NCBI GenBank assembly: GCA_965228735.1
Contig: OZ245838.1
Coordinates: 1,504,001 to 1,568,000 of the forward strand
DNA length: 64,000 nucleotides
Reading direction: 5' to 3'
From: Planctomycetota bacterium
GTDB lineage: Bacteria > Planctomycetota > UBA1135 > UBA2386
In this document: piece by piece, positions 1-9,584 of the stretch
Position numbering within the stretch: the stretch's first letter is position 1
Layout: each line of letters begins with the position of its first letter
The notes under the pieces: generated by a model
The model's input: the letters and a program-made list of their open reading frames with translations, nothing else
What the model was told of the DNA's origin: nothing
Database searches by the model: none
Position numbers and translations under genes: made by a program

Positions 1-174
1 TGCGACCGCACCGCAGGATGCGAGTTCGTCGACATCACGACCGGGATGCTGACGTCCACCGGAGCGATCCGCGACGACATCTTCGTCACGGATCGTCTGC
101 ACATGAACCGCCGCGGCTATGACGCCTGGGCGGCGGTCGTCGCGCCGGCGTTGCAGGCCGTGCTCTCCCGCTGA
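1..174 (+). CDS. C-terminal fragment of SGNH/GDSL-type hydrolase (partial, runs off left edge)
   Basis: Frame 1 reads ...FVDITTGML...DIFVTDRLHMNRRGYDAWAAVVAPAL..* ; DxLH-N-GY matches SGNH block V. Confidence 0.7.
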   Translation, partial: CDRTAGCEFVDITTGMLTSTGAIRDDIFVTDRLHMNRRGYDAWAAVVAPALQAVLSR

Positions 175-177
175 CCG

Positions 178-900
178 CTAGTCGGCCTGCGGCAGCTCGC
201 CGACCCAGCGTTCGCCGCCATCCTCCGCGAGCAGCTCCTGCTTGAAGATCGGCACCTCGTTCTTCAAGCGGTCCATGAGGAAGCGACACGCCTCGAACGC
301 GGGGCCGCGGTGTGCGGACGCGACGACGACGACGACGGACGCCTCACCGATCGGCACGTCACCGAGCCGGTGAACGACGCGCGCCCGCGTGATCGGGAAG
401 CGCTTGATGGCCTCCTCGAACAGGCCGCACATGACCTTCTGCGCCATCTCGGGATACGCCTCGTAGCGCAGCAGCTTGACGAGAGCACCCTCGTTGTGAT
501 TGCGCGTCACACCGGCGAACGTGACGAGGGCGCCATCGCGGTCGGTGCGGCACTCGCGCTCGAAGCGCCGCGGATCGATCGGCTCGTCGGTGAGGTCGAA
601 GCGGTACAGCGCTTCGGCGCCCGGACCCGCGGCCGGGTCGTCGGCGGCCCCGCCACTGATCGGCGGGATGAACGCGACCTCGTCGCCGTCGTTGAGCTCG
701 GTCCCCTCGCGCGCGTAGCCGCGGTTCACTGCGAACGCGACCGGCAGCCGCAGCAGCTCGTCGGCGCGCTCCGCGAGCTTGGCCCGCAGTCCGCCCACGG
801 TCGTTCCCGGCTGCAGATCGAGCGTCAAGCGGTCCGTGCCAAGGGCCTCCCGCACGCTCGCGAAACAGCGCACGGTTACCCGTAACCTCGGTTCATCCAT
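178..900 (-). CDS. moaDE: Fused molybdopterin synthase MoaD-MoaE
   Basis: N-half is ThiS/MoaD ubiquitin fold (FASVRE...AVN...DGDEVAFIPPISGG); C-half is MoaE (GALVTFAGVTR, YEAYPEMA, HRLG, LKNEVPIFKQE). Confidence 0.92.
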   Translation of the reverse strand: MDEPRLRVTVRCFASVREALGTDRLTLDLQPGTTVGGLRAKLAERADELLRLPVAFAVNRGYAREGTELNDGDEVAFIPPISGGAADDPAAGPGAEALYRFDLTDEPIDPRRFERECRTDRDGALVTFAGVTRNHNEGALVKLLRYEAYPEMAQKVMCGLFEEAIKRFPITRARVVHRLGDVPIGEASVVVVVASAHRGPAFEACRFLMDRLKNEVPIFKQELLAEDGGERWVGELPQAD

Positions 901-1028
901 GGGACTATTCTGCGGCGCGACTGGTCGCGTGCCAGTCCCGATGTAGGCTATCTACGGGTCTCTCGCCGGCGGGTCCTTGCCCCGGCCCGCGCCCCCCCCT
1001 CGAGGTCCCCCACCCCATTCTCCGACTC

Positions 1029-2396
1029 ATGCGCAATCATCTCCTGCTTGCCGGCTGTCTGCTCGCTGCTCCGGCCCTCGCCCAATCGACCTGGAGTGAG
1101 ATCTCCGTGTTCAGCAAGCCGACGGCGCGCCGCGCCGGCGCGATGGCCTTCGACCCGGTGACCAACCGCGCCATCCTCAACGGCGGCACGATCTCGACGC
1201 CCGGTCAGATCATCAACGAGACGTGGCGCTTCCAGAACAATCAGTGGACGCTGCTGACGCCGGCCAACCCGGGTCCGGGCCGCTGGGGCCACCGCATGGT
1301 GTGGGACTCGGCGAACGGCCGCATCGTGACGTTCGGCGGCCGCTCGCCGACGATCAACGGCCTCGCGAACGACACGTGGGAGTTCGCGAACAACAGCTGG
1401 GCCGCGATCGCGACGGCGAACCAACCCGCGCGGCGCTTCCGTTACGGCATGGTCTTCGACAACGTGCGCAACCGCGTGGTGCTGTTCGGTGGCCGCGCCA
1501 ACATCTCGGACCTCAACGACACGTGGGAGTTCGACGGCAACGACTGGACCCCGGTCCAGACCACCAACGCGCCGTCGCCGCGCCAGGACATGGCGATCGC
1601 GTTCGACGCGGGCACGGGCACGACCGTCCTCTTCGGCGGCTTCGACAGCAGCACATCGACGCTCCTCGGTGACACGTGGGAGTACCGCGGCACGGACTGG
1701 CTGCAGGTGACGCCCGCGGCGAGTCCGACGGCGCGGTATCGCACGGCGCACTGGTTCGACACGGACCGGCAGCGCGTTGTCGTCTACGGCGGTTTCGACG
1801 GCACCCTCGCGCGCGACACGTTCGAGTACACGGGCGCGTCCTGGGATCCGATCGCGGCAAACCAGGGTCCGGCGAACTCGACGGAGATGTACTTCTGCTA
1901 CGACAGTCTGCGCAAGAAGGGCATCACGTTCGGCGGCGTCGGCACGGTGTTCACGGACGACCTCTACGAATACGAGGGCGAGGAGAACGGCATCTTCGGC
2001 TCGTTCGGCAGCGGCTGCCCGCACTCGCAGGGCCTGTCCATCATCACCGCGGCGACCCCGCCCACGACGGGCATGCAGTTCGACATGGTGATCGAAACGC
2101 CGCCGGGCACGACCGCGATCGTCGCGAACGGCTTCTCCTCGGCCATCTCGAACGTCGGCGCGCTGCCGTTCGACCTGTCGCCGTTTGGCCTCATCGGCTG
2201 CGCGCTCGAGGTCGCGGACGACGTGGTCACGGTCGTCATCGCGCCGACCGGCCCGCTGACCTACGGGTTCATGGTGCCGAACGATCCGGCGCTCGTGAAC
2301 CTCAACTACTACACCCAGGCGTTCCTGCCGGACCAGCAGGCGCCCAACGGCGTCGGCGGCATCACCCGCCCGAGCCGCGGGACGTTCGGCAGCTGA
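1029..2396 (+). CDS. Secreted Kelch-like beta-propeller protein with C-terminal domain
   Basis: Signal peptide (APALAQ); about six repeats of R..(M/A).FD..R.R.VLFGG....DTWE.....W. Confidence 0.85.
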   Translation: MRNHLLLAGCLLAAPALAQSTWSEISVFSKPTARRAGAMAFDPVTNRAILNGGTISTPGQIINETWRFQNNQWTLLTPANPGPGRWGHRMVWDSANGRIVTFGGRSPTINGLANDTWEFANNSWAAIATANQPARRFRYGMVFDNVRNRVVLFGGRANISDLNDTWEFDGNDWTPVQTTNAPSPRQDMAIAFDAGTGTTVLFGGFDSSTSTLLGDTWEYRGTDWLQVTPAASPTARYRTAHWFDTDRQRVVVYGGFDGTLARDTFEYTGASWDPIAANQGPANSTEMYFCYDSLRKKGITFGGVGTVFTDDLYEYEGEENGIFGSFGSGCPHSQGLSIITAATPPTTGMQFDMVIETPPGTTAIVANGFSSAISNVGALPFDLSPFGLIGCALEVADDVVTVVIAPTGPLTYGFMVPNDPALVNLNYYTQAFLPDQQAPNGVGGITRPSRGTFGS

Positions 2397-2492
2397 TCGG
2401 TTGCCACGGGTCGGCCCGACGTTGCCGACCCGTTACCAGTTCCGCTCGGTCAGGCGGTGGACCGGCCGTGCGTTTGCGACCATCATGAGCGC

Positions 2493-4364
2493 ATGACGCT
2501 GGCCTCGTCGCTCCGCCGACTCCTCGCCACCGCGGTGACGCTCGCGGTCGGCGCCGGCATCACCGCGCAGGACGGGGTGCCCATCCCGACCGGCGAGGCG
2601 GCGGCGGCGGAGCCCGCCGCCGAGCGCAGCACGCGGCAGCATTGGTCGTATCGGCTGCCGCAGCGCACGGCCCCGAGCGGGCCGCACGGCAGCCATCCGA
2701 TCGACGCGATCCTGCAGCGCCATCAGCGCGCAGCCGGGCTGACGCCGACCGCGGTGGCCGATCGCAGCACCCTGATTCGCCGCGTCGCGCTCGACCTCAC
2801 GGGCCTGCCGCCGACGCTCGAGGAGGTCGACGCGTTCGTCGCGGACGACGGGCCCGACGCCTACGAACGCCTCGTCGACCGCCTGCTCGCTTCCCCGCAC
2901 TACGGCGAACGCTGGGCCCAGCTCTGGCTCGACCTCGCGCGCTACGGCGACACCAACGGCTACAACTTCGACGGCCACCGCACGATCTGGCTCTACCGCG
3001 ACTGGGTGATCGACGCGTTCAACGCCGACATGCCGTTCGATCGGTTCACGCTCGAGCAGATGGCCGGTGACATGATCGACGACGCGACGGAGTCGACGCG
3101 CATCGCGACCGGGTTCCACCGCAACACGATGCTCAACAACGAGGGCGGCGTCGACCCGAAGGAGGCCCGCTGGGAACGCCTGCTGGACCGCGCGAGCACG
3201 ACGGCGACGGTCTGGCTCGGGAGCACGATGCACTGCGCCCGGTGTCACGATCACAAGTACGACCCGATCAAGCAGACCGAGTTCTACGGGCTCGTCGCGT
3301 TCTTCGAGACCCAGTCGGAGGTGACGCTGCGGCGCGCCGACAGCACGCCGACGCTCGTGCTGCACGAGAACAAGCGCGTGGAACCGGTGACCCGGAACCA
3401 CGTCCGCGGGGCGTTCGACAGCCCGGCCGAAGAGGTACGCGCGCACACCCCAGCAGTGCTGCACCCGTGGCCCGCGGCCGCGCCGCTCGATCGCCGCGGC
3501 CTCGCGCAATGGCTCACGGCCGCCGACAACCCGCTCGTCGATCGCGTGCAGGTCAACCGGCTGTGGGACGCGCTGTTCGGCCAGCCGCTGGTCAACACGC
3601 CCGAGGACTTCGGCGTGCAGGCCGAAGAACCCGAACTGCTCGACCTGCTGGACTGGCTCGCGACCGAGTTCCGCCGGCTCGGACTGCGGCAGAAGGCGCT
3701 GCTGCGCACGATCGTGCTGTCGGACACGTATCGCCGACGGGCGGCAGCGCCGGCCGAGCAGCGCGAGCGCGATCCGGACAACCGCCTGTTCGCGCGCGGC
3801 AGCCGCTTCCGCCTCGACGCCGAACGCATCCGCGACTCGTGGCTCGTCGCCGCCGGCCTGCTCGCGCGCGACCTCAAGGGTCCGAGCGTCTACCCGCTGC
3901 AGGCCGACACGAGCGGCGTCATCCCGATGAACAAGGTCCGGATGAACTGGCCCGTCAGCAAGGGCGGCGATCGCTGGCGCCGCGGCCTCTACACCTACTG
4001 GCGGCGCACGGCGCCGTTCGTGATGTTCGACGCGTTCGACGCGCCGTCGCGCGAACAGTGCGAGGTGCGGCGCCAACGCAGCAACACGCCACTGCAGGCG
4101 CTCGTCGGCCTCAACGACCCGACCGCGGTCGCGGCGGCCAGGGCGCTCGCCGCGCGCATGCTGGCCCACGAAGGCGACGAGCGCGCCCGCCTCGCGCACG
4201 GCTTCCGCCGCTGCACGCAGCGCCCACCATCCGCGCGTGAGCTCGACGCACTCGCGGGCGCCCTCAGAACGGAGGTGATCGTGACCGACGACGACGAACT
4301 CACGCCGTGGGAACGCGTCGCGATCATCTTCCTCAACCTCGACGAGACCCTCTGTCGCCAATAG
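2493..4364 (+). CDS. DUF1549/DUF1553 (PSD1) planctomycete-type protein with one CxxCH
   Basis: HPIDA, LIRRVALDLTGLPPT, SPHYGERWA..WLDLARY, CARCHDHKYDP, NPL..RVQVNRLW, RLDAERIRD, SNTPLQAL; start uncertain. Confidence 0.9.
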   Translation: MTLASSLRRLLATAVTLAVGAGITAQDGVPIPTGEAAAAEPAAERSTRQHWSYRLPQRTAPSGPHGSHPIDAILQRHQRAAGLTPTAVADRSTLIRRVALDLTGLPPTLEEVDAFVADDGPDAYERLVDRLLASPHYGERWAQLWLDLARYGDTNGYNFDGHRTIWLYRDWVIDAFNADMPFDRFTLEQMAGDMIDDATESTRIATGFHRNTMLNNEGGVDPKEARWERLLDRASTTATVWLGSTMHCARCHDHKYDPIKQTEFYGLVAFFETQSEVTLRRADSTPTLVLHENKRVEPVTRNHVRGAFDSPAEEVRAHTPAVLHPWPAAAPLDRRGLAQWLTAADNPLVDRVQVNRLWDALFGQPLVNTPEDFGVQAEEPELLDLLDWLATEFRRLGLRQKALLRTIVLSDTYRRRAAAPAEQRERDPDNRLFARGSRFRLDAERIRDSWLVAAGLLARDLKGPSVYPLQADTSGVIPMNKVRMNWPVSKGGDRWRRGLYTYWRRTAPFVMFDAFDAPSREQCEVRRQRSNTPLQALVGLNDPTAVAAARALAARMLAHEGDERARLAHGFRRCTQRPPSARELDALAGALRTEVIVTDDDELTPWERVAIIFLNLDETLCRQ

Positions 4365-4413
4365 ACCCGTGCCGCCAACAGACCCGCAACCGCCGATCGA
4401 ACCCGGGCCGAGG

Positions 4414-5793
4414 ATGACGAGCAGACGCCAGTTCCTCGTGCGCTCGGCAGCGGCCGGCTCGGCGCTGGCCGTCGGCCTGCCGGCGAACGGCGGCACGGAC
4501 CCGATCCGACACTACCCGGCGCGCGCGAAGAACGTCATCCAGCTGTTCATGGCGGGCGCGCCGTCGGCGCTCGATCTGTTCGAGGACAAGCCCGTGTTGC
4601 GCAAGCACGACGGCGACCTCGTGCCGCAGCACATCGTCGACGAGCAGCGCTTCGCGTTCCTCAAGGGCCGGCCGAAACTGCTCGGCTCGCCCTACTCGTT
4701 CCGGCGCTACGGCGCCGCGGGCTTCGAGTTCAGCGAGCTGCTGCCGCACCTCGCACAGATCGCGGACAAGCTCTCGTTCATCCGGTCGGTCCACCAGGAG
4801 CAGTTCAACCACGGTCCCGCTCAGGTCTTCGCCCACACGGGCCACCAGCTCGTCGGCCGCCCGAGCCTCGGCAGCTGGCTGCTCTACGGCCTCGGCAGCC
4901 AGAACCGCGATCTGCCCGGCTTCACCGTGCTCGTCTCCGGCAAGATCGACCCGGGCGCGGGCTCGGCGTGCTGGGGCGCCGGGTTCCTGCCGAGTCACCT
5001 GCAGGGCGTCGAGCTCCGCACGCGCGGCGAGCTCGTGCCGTGCCTGCAGGACCCGCAGGGCATGGACCGCAGCGCCCGCCGCCGCGGCCTCGACCTGCTC
5101 GGTGAACTCAACCGCGCGCAGTTCGACGCGGTCGGCGACCCGAGCATCCTCGAACGCACCGAGTCGTACGAGCTCGCCTACCGCATGCAGGAGAGCGTGC
5201 CCGAGCTCGCCCGCATCGACGAAGAACCGGAGCGCATCCACCGGCTCTACGGCAGCCGGCCCGGCAAGCGCTCGTTCGCGAACAACTGCCTGCTCGCCCG
5301 GCGGCTCGTCGAACGCGGCGTGCGATGCGTGCAGGTCATCCACCGCGGCTGGGACCACCACGGCTCCAATCGCACGGACGACCTGATGCACGGCCTGCCC
5401 AACATGTGTCGGCAGACCGACCGCGCCGCGGCCGCGCTGATCCTCGACCTCGAGCAACGCGGCCTGCTCGACGACACGCTCGTCGTCTGGGGCGGCGAGT
5501 TCGGGCGCACGCCGATGCGCGAGGTGCGCGACCTCAAGTTCCTCGGCCGCGACCACAACCCGCGCGCGTTCACGATGTGGTTCGCGGGCGGCGGCATCCA
5601 GCCCGGCCGCTCCGTCGGTCTGTCGGACGACATCGGCTACGACGTCGCGGAGCACCCGGTGCACCTGCACGACGTGCACGCGACGATGCTGCACCTCACG
5701 GGCATCGACCACGAACGTCTGACCTATCGCTACCAGGGCCGCGACTACCGGCTCACGGACGTGTTCGGCAAGGTCGTGGGTCAGCTGCTGTGA
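4414..5793 (+). CDS. DUF1501 family (sulfatase-like) protein with Tat-like leader
   Basis: SRRQFL leader; AKNVIQLFMAGAPS, CLLARRLVERGVR, WDHH, GLLDDTLVVWGGEFGRTP, GRDH. Confidence 0.9.
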   Translation: MTSRRQFLVRSAAAGSALAVGLPANGGTDPIRHYPARAKNVIQLFMAGAPSALDLFEDKPVLRKHDGDLVPQHIVDEQRFAFLKGRPKLLGSPYSFRRYGAAGFEFSELLPHLAQIADKLSFIRSVHQEQFNHGPAQVFAHTGHQLVGRPSLGSWLLYGLGSQNRDLPGFTVLVSGKIDPGAGSACWGAGFLPSHLQGVELRTRGELVPCLQDPQGMDRSARRRGLDLLGELNRAQFDAVGDPSILERTESYELAYRMQESVPELARIDEEPERIHRLYGSRPGKRSFANNCLLARRLVERGVRCVQVIHRGWDHHGSNRTDDLMHGLPNMCRQTDRAAAALILDLEQRGLLDDTLVVWGGEFGRTPMREVRDLKFLGRDHNPRAFTMWFAGGGIQPGRSVGLSDDIGYDVAEHPVHLHDVHATMLHLTGIDHERLTYRYQGRDYRLTDVFGKVVGQLL

Positions 5794-7130
5794 GCGACGA
5801 CGCGGCGCCGCCAGCGGCCCCGGCAGCGGCAGCGGCGCGACGGTCGGCAGGACGGACCTGGGCCTGGGTGCTCTACGACCCGGCCAACACGGTCTATGCC
5901 GCGACGATCACGTACCTCTTCACCCCGTTCGTCGCCGAGCACTACGGCCGAATAACGTCGCTCGGCATCGTCAACTTCCTGTCGATGGTGGCGACGGCGC
6001 TCCTCGCCCCGGCACTCGGCGCGCTCGCCGATCACACGACCCGCACCCACCGCTATCTCGCGTGGGCGACCATCGGCTGCGTCGCGGCGCTCGCGGCGTG
6101 GGGCTTCGCGTACGGCGAAGCCTGGATCATGGCCTGGTTCTTCGTCGCCAACGTGACGTACAACCTCGGGCTGCTGTTCTACAACGCGCTGCTCGCGTCG
6201 GTCGCGCCGCCGGAACGGTCGGGTCGCATCAGCGCGCTCGGCGTCGGCGTCGGCTACTTCGCCACGATCCTGATCCTGCTGACGCTGCTGCCGCTCGGCA
6301 TCGCCGACACGCACAAGTTTCCGGTCGCCGCCGGGCTGTTCCTGTTCTTCGCGCTGCCCTGCCTGCTCTTCGTCCAGGATGACCGCCCGCCACGCCCCGG
6401 CAGCACAGCCGTCGCCGTCCGGGCGTCGATGCAGTCACTCTGGCGCACGCTGCGGGAACTGCCGCGCCACCGCGGGTTGTTCTGGTTCCTGCTCGCGAAC
6501 CTGTGCTTCGTCGACGTGCTCAACACGGCGGTGATGTTCTTCGCCAACCTCACGACCTCGACCTTCGACGCGCAGGCCCGGGGCGACGGCATCGACCTGT
6601 TCGGGTACGTCTTTGCCGGCGAGAAGGGTGCCGTCGGGTTCATGACCGTCTGCGCCATGACGCTCAACACGCTCGCGCTGCTGTTCGGCCTGACGATCGG
6701 GCGCTGGACCGACCGGGCCCCGCTCGCCGTCATGGCCTGCAGCGGCGTTGCCCTGCTCGTCGCGCTCGGCGGCGGCGCCTGGTCCGCCGGCAGCAGCCCC
6801 ACCGGCTACCTCCTGACCCTCGTGGTCTTCGGCGCGTTCGGCCTCACGGGGATCTGGACCGCGGGCCGCAAGGTCATCCTCCTGCTCGCACCCGCCGAGC
6901 AGGTCGGGCAGTACTTCGGCCTCTACGGCATCACGCTCAAGCTGTCGGTGTTCGGCGGGGTGATCTACGCCGTCGTGCGCGACGCGGTCGACGCCCAGAC
7001 GGCCCTCCTCAGCCAGAGCCCGCAGCTGCTGCTCGGCCTGCTGTTCCTCGCGATGGTGCGCTTGCCGAAGACGCCCGCGCGTAGTTCGATAGCGACTCCG
7101 CCACCGAGCGCAGCCGCAGCGAGCGAATGA
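5790..7130 (+). CDS. MFS transporter (UMF1/Atg22-like)
   Basis: GTG overlaps upstream stop; WAWVLYDPANT, P.LGALAD, FYNALL, GQYFGLY; about 12 hydrophobic segments. Confidence 0.85.
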   Translation: MSDDAAPPAAPAAAAARRSAGRTWAWVLYDPANTVYAATITYLFTPFVAEHYGRITSLGIVNFLSMVATALLAPALGALADHTTRTHRYLAWATIGCVAALAAWGFAYGEAWIMAWFFVANVTYNLGLLFYNALLASVAPPERSGRISALGVGVGYFATILILLTLLPLGIADTHKFPVAAGLFLFFALPCLLFVQDDRPPRPGSTAVAVRASMQSLWRTLRELPRHRGLFWFLLANLCFVDVLNTAVMFFANLTTSTFDAQARGDGIDLFGYVFAGEKGAVGFMTVCAMTLNTLALLFGLTIGRWTDRAPLAVMACSGVALLVALGGGAWSAGSSPTGYLLTLVVFGAFGLTGIWTAGRKVILLLAPAEQVGQYFGLYGITLKLSVFGGVIYAVVRDAVDAQTALLSQSPQLLLGLLFLAMVRLPKTPARSSIATPPPSAAAASE

Positions 7131-8149
7131 CGAGCGCCACCGCTTCCCCCGACACCGCCCCACGCGATCGCCGCAACGACCGCGGGAAGGAGAAGGACCG
7201 CCTCTGGCAGCGCGCGGTCGTGGGCGTGCTCAGCGCCTCGATCTGGCTCATCGGCGCGCTGCCGCCGCGGGTCGGCTACCTCGCGTTCGACGTGCTCGCG
7301 ATCGGCTGGTGGCTGTGCTTCCGCTTCAACGACCCGCGCGGCGAACGCAGCAAGGGCTACTGGCGCAACGTGCGCATCGCGTTCCGCCCGGGCTCGCCGC
7401 TCGGCGCCGAACGGCCTGAGCGCCACCTCTGGCGCTGGTCCCGCCACATCGCGCACGTCGTGACCGACTTCTGCCTCATGCGCCGGCTCGACCGCGACAA
7501 CCTCGAGCACTACGTCGACATGTCCGAGTACCCGCCGATCGCGGAGCTCTACGCCGAGGGCAAGGGCGTGATCTTCGCGACCGGTCACGTCGGCGCGTGG
7601 GACGTCGCGGGCGTCGGGGCGGGGCTCAAGGGTCTGCCGCTGACGTCGGTGTTCCGCCCGAGTCCGATCCCCGCGCTCAACCGCCTCATCGAACGGCTGC
7701 GCACCCGCACCGGGCAACGCGTCGTCGCGCGCAAGCGGGTCATGTACACGCTCAAGAAGGTGCTCAGCGAGGGCGGTGCGATCGGCCTGCTCTGCGACGG
7801 CGGCGGCAAGCACAGCGCCGTGACCGCGCCGTTCCTCGGCACGGTCGCCAAGACCGTCGCGACGCCCGCCGTGCTGCACCTGAGCTCGCGCGCGCCGATC
7901 GTCGTCGTCACCGTGATCCGCACCGGCTGCATGCGGTTCAAGCTGCGCGTCCACGACATCATCCGGGAGACGCCGAGCGGCGACCGCGACGACGACCTGC
8001 GCCGCATCATGACCCGGGTCAACGACGGCCTGACGGAGGCCGTCCGCGAGGCGCCCGAACAGTGGTTCTGGCAAGGTCGCCGCTTCCGGCATCGCCCGGC
8101 CGGCGAGACCCCCGGCCCCGACGGCCTGCCGCCGCTGGCCGACCGCTGA
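7127..8149 (+). CDS. Lipid A lauroyl/lysophospholipid acyltransferase family protein
   Basis: GKGVIFATGHVGAWD (Hx4D), PFLG, VREAPEQWFWQGRRF. Confidence 0.85.
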   Translation: MTSATASPDTAPRDRRNDRGKEKDRLWQRAVVGVLSASIWLIGALPPRVGYLAFDVLAIGWWLCFRFNDPRGERSKGYWRNVRIAFRPGSPLGAERPERHLWRWSRHIAHVVTDFCLMRRLDRDNLEHYVDMSEYPPIAELYAEGKGVIFATGHVGAWDVAGVGAGLKGLPLTSVFRPSPIPALNRLIERLRTRTGQRVVARKRVMYTLKKVLSEGGAIGLLCDGGGKHSAVTAPFLGTVAKTVATPAVLHLSSRAPIVVVTVIRTGCMRFKLRVHDIIRETPSGDRDDDLRRIMTRVNDGLTEAVREAPEQWFWQGRRFRHRPAGETPGPDGLPPLADR

Positions 8150-8222
8150 TCGCGTTCCCCCTGCCGTCGAATTCCCGCGGTGTCCCGGAAGCCTGCTTTC
8201 ACGGCTTCGTCTGCTATCGTCG

Positions 8223-9584
8223 ATGGCCATGACCCTGCTCGCGATCTCCACCCTCACGGTCGCCCTCGCGACGCCGCAGGACCCCGACGAGGTCCTGGCG
8301 CGCTACACCCTCGACGGCAAGCCCGCCGTCGTGACCCGCAGCGATGTCGCCGTCGAGATGGGGCTGCACCTGCGGCGCGATGACGTCGGCAAGCAGGCCT
8401 GCAAGGTGCTCGTCGACTCCGAACTGACCCGCCGGGAGGCCGCCCGCCTGAAGCTGCTGCCGACCGACGGTGAGGTCAAGGCGTTCTGGGAGCGACTGCA
8501 GCAGCAGCTGCGCGCCGCGGGGCGCGATCCGGGCTCGTTCGCCGCCGTCCGCAACTCGACCGAAGAAGAGTGGCTGCGCGACCTCGGCACCCAGCTCGCG
8601 CAGGAACGCCTCGTGCGCCACGCGCTCGACCTCGACGACGACGAGAGCGTCAGCGGCGACATGCTGCAGCTGTGGCTGACCCAGCATCGCAAGAAGCGCA
8701 CGATCGTCACGGACCCGCAGCAGCTGCCGCCCGGTGTCGCCGCGCGCGTCGACGGCCGCGAGCTGCCGATCCTCGACCTCGGACTGCTGCTGTTCCGCAC
8801 GAGCGAGGACGGCGAGCGCAACCGCTTCATCCGCCAGGTCGCCTACCTCAACTCGATCGAGGCCCTCGGCCGCAAAGTCGGCGTCGAGCTCCACCCGACG
8901 GACATCGACCGGGCGATCGACGAGCGGCGCCGCGACGCGCAGAGCGACCCGCGCTTCCGAGGCCTCACGTTCGAACAACTGCTCGAGACCCAGGGCCTCA
9001 CGCTCCAGTCCCTGACGCAGTCGCGCGTCTTTCGGGCGAAGGTCCTGCAGGACCTCATCGCGGCGGCGCAGAACCCGGACAAGAAGCTGAAGCAGCTGCT
9101 GGCCGACGACCGCGAAGCCATCGAGGCGCGGCTCGGCGCCCGTCGCAAGCTCGGCGTGATCTATCGCCGCGCGCTCGACGAGCCGAACGCGCTCGTGCCG
9201 CACGATTTCGAGGGCGCCGCGGAGTCGCTGACCCGCGTGAAGGGCCGCCTCGAGAAGGAGAAGTTCGACGTCGTCGCGCGGATCGAGACCGATGACCCGG
9301 CCGGCAAGGAGAAGGGCGGCGACATGGGCTGGCAGCACCGCGAGGCGCGGGCCGACGGTCGCGGCCTGCCGGCTGCCGTGCTCGAAGCGGCGTTCACGAC
9401 GAAGGCCGGCGAGGTCGCGGGCCCGATCCGAGCGCCGGACGGCTGCTATCTCGTGAAGGTGCTCGACATCGAACCTGCGCTTTCCGATGCCCAGCTCATG
9501 GAGCGTATGCGACGCGAAGCGTCCGACCGCCTGCAGCGCGAAGTCCTCGAGAACGCGGACCTTTCGTGGGGTGACGCGAAGTGA
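8223..9584 (+). CDS. SurA/PrsA-like parvulin peptidyl-prolyl isomerase
   Basis: Signal peptide; two SurA-N-like helical regions; FDVVARIETDDPAGKEKGGDMGW...AAF...GEVAGPIR. Confidence 0.8.
   Translation: MAMTLLAISTLTVALATPQDPDEVLARYTLDGKPAVVTRSDVAVEMGLHLRRDDVGKQACKVLVDSELTRREAARLKLLPTDGEVKAFWERLQQQLRAAGRDPGSFAAVRNSTEEEWLRDLGTQLAQERLVRHALDLDDDESVSGDMLQLWLTQHRKKRTIVTDPQQLPPGVAARVDGRELPILDLGLLLFRTSEDGERNRFIRQVAYLNSIEALGRKVGVELHPTDIDRAIDERRRDAQSDPRFRGLTFEQLLETQGLTLQSLTQSRVFRAKVLQDLIAAAQNPDKKLKQLLADDREAIEARLGARRKLGVIYRRALDEPNALVPHDFEGAAESLTRVKGRLEKEKFDVVARIETDDPAGKEKGGDMGWQHREARADGRGLPAAVLEAAFTTKAGEVAGPIRAPDGCYLVKVLDIEPALSDAQLMERMRREASDRLQREVLENADLSWGDAK

Noticed and set aside
2493..5793. DUF1549/1553 + DUF1501 pair as a novel system
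   Set aside because: The function is unknown, but it is a well-known, highly repeated planctomycete module with nothing distinctive here.
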